Below, one piece after another: positions 13,293 to 21,559 of a stretch of 64,000 bases of DNA. The notes beneath the pieces were generated by a model. That model was not told the DNA's origin, did not search any database, and worked only from the letters and a program-made list of their open reading frames with translations. Location: positions 434,001 to 498,000 of the forward strand of contig JASTWF010000348.1 of NCBI GenBank assembly GCA_030390025.1, read 5' to 3'. The stretch's first letter is position 1, and every line of letters starts with the position of its first letter. A program made the translations under genes and the position numbers. The DNA comes from Squalus acanthias (lineage: Eukaryota).

Positions 13293-13720
13293 TATATTAT
13301 ATAATATCACACCGTGTGTTACTGGGTATAACACTCCTCTCTATATATTACATTATATAATATCACACCGTGTGTTACTGGGTGTAACACTCCTCTATAT
13401 ATTTTAGAACAACACATTGTGTGTTACTAGGTATAACACTCCTCTATATATATTATATTGTATAATATCACTCCGTGTGTGACTGGGTATAATGCTCCTG
13501 TATATATATTATATAATAACACACCGTGTGTTACTGGGTATAACACTCCTCTATATATATTATATTATATAATAACACACCGTGTGTTACTGGGTGTAAC
13601 ACTCCTCTATATATTTCATAACAACACATTGTGTGTTATTGGGTGTAACACTCTCTATATATATCACACCTTGTGTTACTGGGTGGAACACTCCTGTATA
13701 TATTATATCTCAACACACAC
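13293..13720. repeat. Degenerate ~45-55-bp relatives of the 42/43-bp satellite (right of MITE insertion)
   Basis: Repeated CACCGTGTGTTACTGGGT(A/G)TAACACTCCTCT(AT)n units decaying towards 13720. Confidence 0.9.
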
Positions 13721-14145
13721 CTGCATGTATTCTGCCAGTTTGTCATTCTTTCTAATTAGGCAGATTTAATATTTAATGCTGCGACAGCACGGATTATTCG
13801 TGGCTTTGCAAGGGTTGTCGTAATTGCCTCTCCAGGGTTTGAAGTACCAGACTGGGTGGGAGCTAATTAGCGCTGGTCTTCCTGTCCTTGGCTTTGGTTG
13901 TCACGGGTGACCAGCCACTTCAGAGATAAGATTCTAACGACATCTCCTTTTTCCAAATGTCAAGCTTTCTTTCCTCGCGCTTGCTGACTGCTTTAACAAA
14001 CCTGGAGGATGACTCTTAACCCCTTCCATCCCAGGACTGGAGGACTGCCGATTGGCTGCAATCTCCCTTTCCAGGGTCAGATATCGCCCTGATAGCCTCC
14101 AGGCACTGTGACGAGGACGGTGTGACGAGGACGGTGTGACCAGGG

Positions 14146-14559
14146 AAGCCTCAGGCTACAGGACGATATAGACGGGTTGGTCAGATGGGCAGAACAGTGG
14201 CAAACGCAATTTAACCCTGAAAAGTGTGAGGTGAGGCATTTTGCGAGGACTAACAAGGCAAGGGAATACACAATGAATGGTAGGACCCTAGGAAGGACAG
14301 AGGATCAGAGGGACCTTGGTGTGCATGTATGTAGATCCCTGAAGGCAGCAGGACAGGTAGATAAGGTGGTTAAAAAAGGCATATGGGATACTTGCCTTCA
14401 TTCACAACATTCAAGAAGCATTTAGATGAGCACTTGAAATGCCATAGCATACAAGGCTACGGACCAAGCGCTGGAAAATGGGATTAGAATAGACAGGGCT
14501 TGATGGCCGGCGCGGACACGATGGGCCGAAGGGCCTCTTTCTGTGCTGTATAACTCGAT
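14146..14559 (+). mobile_element. CR1 LINE fragment (RT piece fused to 3' end; tail continues at 15313-15322)
   Basis: Translation RLQDDIDGLVRWAEQWQTQFNPEKCEV...QRDLGV, then a jump near 14403 to the ORF2 end and 3' UTR (GGCCGAAGGGCCT...CTGTGCTGTA); the CTATGA-type tail is split by a MITE. Confidence 0.88.
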
Positions 14560-14830
14560 GGGCTGGATTTTGATACTGAGGCAGGTTGGGGGTCGTGTCA
14601 TTCGCATTTTGTGTTATCCACCCGCCTGCAATTGGATGTGGGAGATTGATGCAATTTTCACTTAATTGAGCAATTGAGTTCCAGCATGTGGGAACCCACG
14701 AACCAATTAGTGGTTTCAGTCTGATAGTCGCCTCTGATGATGTCATCATTGCAGGTCAGAGACTGCCTGGTCTCAGAGACTGCCTGGCCTTTGCTGTGAG
14801 AGGACCTGGATGCAAAATGAGCAGCATCTC

Positions 14831-14862
<32 letters not shown>

Positions 14863-15312
14863 ATTTTTTTTGCAACCAAGTCCTCCCAGGCAGTCTCTGA
14901 AGACATTCAATGCAGTAGCATCAGAGGCGACTTTCAGACCTAATACTACTACTACCTTCATCACATCTCCGCTGTAATGGTGGACCTGCAGCTGATAGTC
15001 AGCTATCCACTTGTGCTCCCGCCAGGTTTCACTGGCGTGTTTCACATCAGGTGTACTTCACGTGGGAAAAGGGTTAAACTAGCTAAAACATTTCAAAATG
15101 GCATTACAGAGCCAATTTAGGGCTTGTTAAGGGCTTTAATGGCCTCTCCCGCCTCTTGGAGGCGGGACGGAGTCGGGAACCCCGCGACCGATTTTGTCAA
15201 AATTGCGTGGAGGCGGGATGGAGTCGGGATGGGGTCGGAAACCCCGACCCCGCAAATTTAACCCCCCACACACCTCCAAACCCGACTCCATGGGTCATTG
15301 AAAATCCAGCCC
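14560..15312 (-). mobile_element. MITE family 2, copy 1 (753 bp), perfect 12-bp TIR GGGCTGGATTTT; strand is relative to copy 2
   Basis: GGGCTGGATTTT at 14560 and AAAATCCAGCCC at 15301-15312; flanks GAT/TAT (imperfect 3-bp TSD, compatible with PIF/Harbinger); interrupts a CR1 tail. Confidence 0.88.
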
Positions 15313-15367
15313 TATGACTCTAGGATGGTGTGACGAGGACGGTGTGACGAGGACGGTGTGACCAGGG

Positions 15368-16582
15368 CATGTGGTAGTGGTAGGGGACAGTAAAGTCAGC
15401 GGGGGGAGAGGGCTGGATTTTGAATGACCCATGGAGTCGGGTTTGGAGGCATGTGGGGGGTTAAATTTGCGGGGTCGGGGTTTCCGACCCCATCCCGACT
15501 CCATCCCGCCTCCACGCAATTTTGACAAAATCGGTCGCGGGGTTCCCGACTCCGTCCCGCCTCCAAGAGGCGGGAGAGGCCATTAAAGCCCTTAACAAGC
15601 TCTAAATTGGCTCGTAATGCCATTTTGAAACGTTTTAGCTAGTTTAACCCTTTTCTGACGTGAAGTACGCCTGATGTGAAACACGCCAGTGAAACCTGGC
15701 GGGAGCACAAGTGGATAGCTGACTATCAGCTGCAGGTCCACTATTACAACGGAGATGTGATGACGGTAGTAGTAGTATTAGGTCTGAAAGTCGCCGCTGC
15801 TGCTGCATTGAATGTGTTCAGAGACTGCCTGGCCTTTGCTGTGAGAGGACTTGGATGCAAAAAAAATTCATTCTCTCTCTCTCTCTCTCTCCCCCCCCCC
15901 CCCCCCATTTTGCATCCAGGTCCACTCACATCAAAAGGAAGCCAGGCAGGTCCTCTCTCACCAACAGTCTCTGAGACTAGGCAGTCAGCAATGATGACAT
16001 CATCAGAGGCGACTTTCAGACTGAAACCACTAATTGGTTCAGGGGTTCCCACATGCTGGAACTCAATTGCACAATTAAGTGAAAATTGCATCAATCTCCC
16101 ACATTAATCTGGAGTCGGGGGGGGAGAACACGAAATGTGGATTACACGACCCTAACCCGACCCCAAGACAAAATCCAGCCCATAGTGTTCTCTGCCGCCG
16201 CGACCGGGAGTTGCGAAGGCTGTGTTGCCTGCCCGGTGCCAGGGTTAAGGACATCTCCTCACGGCTGGAGATAACATTGGAGTGGGAGGGGGAGGATCCA
16301 GTGGTCGTGGTCCATGTCGGAACTAACGACACAGCTGGAACTCGGAATGAGGTGCTGCTGAGGGAGTTTGAGGAGTTAGGGTACAAATTAAAAATCAGAA
16401 CCTCAAGGGTAATAATCTCTGGCTTGCAACCTGAACCACACGCAAATTGCAACAGGGACAAGCAGATCAGAGAGTTAAATGCGTGGCTCAAAGAGTGGTG
16501 TGGGAGGAAGGGGTTTCAGTTCATGGGGCACTGGCACCAGTATTGGGGAAAGAGGGAGCTGTTCCGTCGGTACGGGCTCCAC
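15368..16582 (+). mobile_element. CR1 ORF1 fragment, SGNH/GDSL esterase-like domain, split by MITE copy 2
   Basis: VVVVGDS at ~15371-15391, resuming after the MITE as SVLCRRD...CCLPGARVKD...VVVHVGTND...LNAWLKEWC...YGLH (SGNH blocks I, II, III and V). This esterase domain is known in vertebrate CR1 ORF1. Confidence 0.85.
15410..16181 (+). mobile_element. MITE family 2, copy 2 (772 bp), inverted relative to copy 1
   Basis: Same TIRs at 15410 and 16170-16181; the body is the reverse complement of copy 1 over most of its length (matching spurious ORFs MKHASETWREHKW on opposite strands); flanks AGA/ATA; interrupts a CR1 ORF1. Confidence 0.88.
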
Positions 16583-16857
16583 TGCAAAACGTTCCCCTCT
16601 ACCTGCCGTTGCTAGCGGCAGGCGGAAAGGCAGGGGGCGCCACTCAGTATCCGGTCCGGGGCGTTGCACGCTCGATTGAAGTCACGATCTGCGGGCGCAG
16701 GAGATCGTGGCGGTAGTGTTTAGCGCTGCCGCAAAATGTCTGGTCAATTTCGTGAGCGGCCCAAACATTGCCGCGCCCGGGCGCTAGTTGCTTTGCGCCC
16801 CATTAGCGCCCTCTTAGGGCGCTAACGGGAGGCGCTAATCAACCGAATGTTTCCCCC
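16583..16857. mobile_element. GC-rich truncated MITE-like fragment (one end only)
   Basis: CpG-rich non-coding stretch between CR1 pieces, with a 10-bp perfect hairpin TTAGCGCCCT-CTT-AGGGCGCTAA (16803-16825) and an end ...AATGTTTCCCCC resembling the other MITE termini. Confidence 0.5.
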
Positions 16858-18370
16858 TATAAATCAGCAAATTAGAGGAGCTTTGTAATAAGCATATTGC
16901 AATAATCCTGGGGGACTTCAATCTTTATATAGACTGTTAACAAAATTGAGGCTCATGGAATAGGTGGGTCAGTGGCAGCTTGGATAAGGAATTGGCTTCA
17001 GGACAGAAAACAGCGAGTTGTGGTAAATGGCTGTTTTTCAGACTGGAGGATGGTGGACAGTGGTGTTCCCCAAGGGTCAGTGCTGGGGCCACTGCTTTTT
17101 TTGATATATATAAATGACCTGGATATTGGAATACAGAGTAGAATTTCTAAATTTGCCGATGACACCAAACTTGGGGGTGTGGCAAACAGTGATGATGATA
17201 GCAATCGACTGCAACAGGACATAGAAAGGCTAGCAGAATGGGCAGACAAGTGGCAGATAGAATTTAATAGAGAGAAGTGTGAGGTGATGCATTTTGGCAG
17301 AAGGAACAGGGAGAGGCAATATACACTTAATGGCACAGTTTTAAAGAGTGTGCAGGGACAGAGGGACCTGGGAGTTAATGTGCATAGGTCCCTGAAGGTG
17401 GCGGGACATATTGAGAGAGTGGTTAACAAAGCATATGGGATTTTGGACTGAATAAATAGAGGTATTGAGTACAAAAGTAGAGAAGTTATGCTGAACCTTT
17501 ATAAAGCGCTGGTTAGGCCACAACTGGAGTATTGCGTCCAGTTCTGGTCACCACACTTTAGGAAGGATGTGAAGGCCCTTGAGAGGGTGCAGAGGAGATT
17601 TACCAGAATGGTTCCGGGGATGGGGGATCTTAGCTACAAGGACAGGTTGGAGAATCTGGATTTGTTTTCATTAGAGCAAAGGAGGTTGAGGGGTGATTTG
17701 ATAGAGGTGTACAAGATTATGACGGGTTTGGATAGGCTAGACGGGGGAAAGGCTGTTCCCACTAGTTGATGGTACAAGGACTAGGGGACACAGATTTAAG
17801 GTTTTGGGCAAGAGATACAGGGGGGATGTGAGGAAAAACTTTTTTACGCAGAGAGTGGTGAGGACCTGGAACTCGCTGCCGACGGAAGTGGTGGAAGCGG
17901 AGACACTCCATGTTTTCAAGGGGAGACTGGATAGGCACTTGAGGGAAATAAACTTGCAGGGCTACGGGGATAGAGCGGGGGAATGGGACTGACTGGATTG
18001 CTCCACAGAGAGCCGGCACGGACTCGATGGGACGAATGGCCTCCTTCTGTGCCGTTATGATTCTATGACTCTATGACTATGACTGGGCAAACCAAATTGG
18101 TATAAGGAACTTGGAGGATGAGTTCATGGAATGCATTCGAGACAGGTTTATAGAGCAATATGTTGAGGAACCTACTAGGAAACAGGTTATTTTAGATCTT
18201 GTATTGTGTAATGAGACAGGGTTAATTAGTAATCTCATAGTAAAGGATCCTCTGGGAAAGTGTGATCATAATATGATAAAATTTCACATTGAGTTTGAGT
18301 GTGAAATACTTGAGTCGGAAACAAGAGCCTTAAACTTAAATAAAGCCAATTACATAGGTATGAGGGGCAA
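16858..18370 (+). mobile_element. Older CR1 ORF2 fragment, APE endonuclease domain (16858-16936 + 18081-18370), split by a younger CR1
   Basis: IILGDFNLYID before the insertion; WANQIG...EDEFMECIRDRFIEQYVEEPTR...ILDLVLCN...LGKCDHNMIKF after it (GDFN, LDL and xDH APE motifs). Confidence 0.87.
16937..18080 (+). mobile_element. 5'-truncated CR1 LINE (RT C-terminal half, 3' UTR, (CTATGA)-type tail)
   Basis: SGVPQGSVLGPLLFLIYIND...KFADDTKL...RPQLEYCVQFWSP...RRLRGDLIEVYKI...WNSLP; one stop (17449-17451) and a frameshift near 17750; tail 18056-18080; GACTG at both ends (16932-16936 and 18081-18085). Confidence 0.93.
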
Positions 18371-18553
18371 TGTGATGGTGTGACAGTGTGACGAGGATGG
18401 TGTGACGAGGACAATGTGACGAGAATGAGTCCAATGCAGTTAAACTCCAACAAGTCTCCCTCTGTAAGTTCAGCTCTTCAGTCCAACAGCTCACATTATA
18501 TATTTAAGGAGGATTGAAATATTGAGGTGGCAGCCCCCGCCCTCTCCTGGGCT

Positions 18554-20800
18554 CCTCCTCCAGTCCTACAACCCTCCCAGATCTCTGTAACCTCCTCCAG
18601 CCCCACAACACTCCCAGATCTCTGTAACCTCCTCCAGTCCTACAACCCTCCCAGGTCTCTGTAACCTCCTCCAGCCCTACAACCCTCCCAGATCTCTGTA
18701 ACCTCCTCCAGTCCTACAACCCTCCCAGGTCTCTGTAACCTTCTCCAGCCCTACAACCCTCCCAGATCTCTGTAACCTCCTCCAGTCCTACAACCCTCCC
18801 AGGTCTCTGTAACCTCCTCCAGCCCCACAGCACTCCCTGATCTCTGTAACCTCCTCCAGCCCTACAACCCTCCCAGATCTCTGTAACCTCCTCCAGCCCT
18901 ACAACCCTCCCTATCTCTGTGACCTCCTCCAGCCCCACAACACTCCCAGATCTCTGTAACCTCCTCCAGCCCTACAACCCTCCCTATCTCTGTGACCTCC
19001 TCCAGCCCCACAACACTCCCAGATCTCTGTAACCTCCTCCAGCCCTACAACACTCCGAGATCTCTGTAACCTCCTCCAGCCCCACAACACTCCCAGATCT
19101 CTGTAACCTCCTCCAGCCCTACAACCCTCCCAGATCTCTGTAACCTCCTCCAGTCCTACAACCCTCCCAGGTCTCTGTAACCTCCTCCAGCCCCACAGCA
19201 CTCCCTGATCTCTGTAACCTCCTCCAGCCCTACAACCCTCCCAGATCTCTGTAACCTCCTCCAGCCCTACAACCCTCCCTATCTCTGTGACCTCCTCCAG
19301 CCCCACAACACTCCCAGATCTCTGTAACCTCCTCCAGCCCTACAACCCTCCCTATCTCTGTGACCTCCTCCAGCCCCACAACACTCCCAGATCTCTGTAA
19401 CCTCCTCCAGCCCTACAACACTCCGAGATCTCTGTAACCTCCTCCAGCCCCACAACACTCCCAGATCTCTGTAACCTCCTCCAGTCCTACAACCCTCCCA
19501 GGTCTCTGTAACCTCCTCCAGTCCCACAACACTCCCAGATCTCTGTAACCTCCTCCAGTCCTACAACCCTCCCAGGTCTCTGTAACCTTCTCCAGCCCCA
19601 CAACACTCCCAGATCTCTGTAACCTCCTCCAGTCCTACAACCCTCCCAGGTCTCTGTAACCTCCTCCAGCCCTACAACACTCCGAGATCTCTGTAACCTC
19701 CTCCAGCCCCACAACACTCCCTGATCTCTGTAACCTCCTCCAGCCCTACAACCCTCCCAGATCTCTGTAACCTCCTCCAGCCCTACAACCCTCCCTATCT
19801 CTGTGACCTCCTCCAGCCCCACAACACTCCCAGATCTCTGTAACCTCCTCCAGCCCTATAACCCTCCCTATCTCTGTGACCTCCTCCAGCCCCACAACAC
19901 TCCCAGATCTCTGTAACCTCCTCCAGCCCTACAACACTCCGAGATCTCTGTAACCTCCTCCAGCCCCACAACACTCCGAGATCTCTGTAACCTCCTCCAG
20001 CCCTACAACCCTCCCTATCTCTGTGACCTCCTCCAGCCCTGCAACCCTCCCAGGTCTCTGTAACCTCCTCCAGTCCTACAACCCTCCCAGATCTCTGTAA
20101 CCTCCTCCAGCCCTACAACCCTCCCAGGTCTCTGTAACCTCCTCCAGTCCTACAACCCTCCCAGATCTCTGTAACCTCCTCCAGCCCTACAACCCTCCCA
20201 GATCTCTGTAACCTCCTCCAGCCCTACAACCCTCCCAGGTCTCTGTAACCTCCTCCAGCCCTACAACCCTCCCAGGTCTCTGTAACCTCCTCCAGTCCTA
20301 CAACCCTCCCAGGTCTCTGTAACCTCCTCCAGTCCCACAACACTCCCAGATCTCTGTAACCTCCTCCAGTCCTACAACCCTCCCAGGTCTCTGTAACCTT
20401 CTCCAGCCCTACAACCCTCCCAGATCTCTGTAACCTCCTCCAGTCCTACAACCCTCCCAGGTCTCTGTAACCTCCTCCAGCCCTACAACACTCCGAGATC
20501 TCTGTAACCTCCTACAGCCCCACAACACTCCCAGATCTCTGTAACCTCCTCCAGCCCCGCAACCCTCCCAGATCTCTGTAACCTCCTCCAGCCCTACAAC
20601 ACTCCGAGATCTCTGTAACCTCCTCCAGCCCCACAACACTCCCAGATCTCTGTAACCTCCTCCAGCCCTACAACACTCCGAGATCTCTGTAACCTCCTCC
20701 AGCCCCACAACACTCCCAGATCTCTGTAACCTCTTCCAGCCCTACAACCCTCCGAGATCTCTGTAACCTTCTCCAGCCCCACAACCCTCCGAGATCTCTG
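18554..20800. repeat. 37-bp minisatellite (~60 copies) derived from L2 ORF2
   Basis: Unit CTCTGTAACCTCCTCCAGCCCTACAACCCTCCCAGAT; runs directly into L2 3' sequence at 20800 and matches a single-copy segment at 50611-50655. Confidence 0.96.
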
Positions 20801-21070
20801 GGCCCCTCCAATTCTGTCCTCTTGTACATCCCCGATTTTTATCGCTCCAACACTGGCGGCCGTGTCTTCAGCTGCCTGGGCCCTAAGCTCTGGAATTCCC
20901 TCCCTAAACCTCTCCGCCTCTTTACCTCAACTCCTTTAAGACGCTTCTTAAAACCTACCTCTGACCAAACTTTTGGTCACCTGCCCCAATATCTCCTTAA
21001 TGTGGCTCGGTGACAAATTTTGTTTGATAATCGCTCCTGTGAATCGCCTTGGGTATGTTTTTGTTGATGT
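20755..21070 (+). mobile_element. L2 LINE 3' end
   Basis: GGRVFSCLGPKLWNSLP...LKPT is typical of the L2 ORF2 C-terminus; tail GCTCCTGTGAATCGCCTTGGG; colinear with 50640-50900. Confidence 0.85.
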
Positions 21071-21559
21071 TGTCACAACCCCGTGACTATTCCAATGGTG
21101 TGCATCGATTAATGGTGTCCGCGTGTTATGCTCATCACGGGCCACTCAAGTCCTGGGTGTTTCGGACAAGATGTAAATGGAAAAGGTACTGAGCCCCACA
21201 GAACAGGAAGAGCCCAGGTTCCATCCCCCTTCCCCCCATCCCCCGGCTCTGTGCTGAGTGACCTGTTCCCAGCCGGGGGCGGGAGGTAAAGGGGGGCTAC
21301 AACTGGGACTCAGTGTCCCCTGGATTAGGGAGGAGGAAATATCAGCCAAGATTCCCCCCCTCGATTATTATTCAGTGACGCTTGCTGGGAAGTGTTTAGA
21401 GATTGGGAGAGGACTGGGTCAATGCAGGGGGGGGGGGGCGGGGGTGGTGGGGCGGGGGACTGGGTGGCAATACCTTCTGCAGTTCAATTCCCCTCTGACA
21501 CTCACTGTCGGGGCTCACATGGGTAAGGAACGGGTCACGAAGTGGGTGCCAGTGTAATC

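Noticed and set aside
14688..16107. Paired ORFs MKHASETWREHKW... as a duplicated gene or transposase
   Set aside because: They lie inside two MITE copies, run through (GA)n/(C)n tracts and show no transposase motifs.
16079..16615. Stand-alone host SGNH hydrolase gene
   Set aside because: The N-terminus comes from MITE sequence and the GDS block is cut off by the insertion; context is CR1 ORF1.
18714..20782. ORFs of the MGLEEVTEI... type
   Set aside because: Antisense translations of the 37-bp L2-derived minisatellite.
21426..21465. G-quadruplex-capable G-run cluster
   Set aside because: Present, but such runs are common here and homopolymer lengths are unreliable; no evidence of function.
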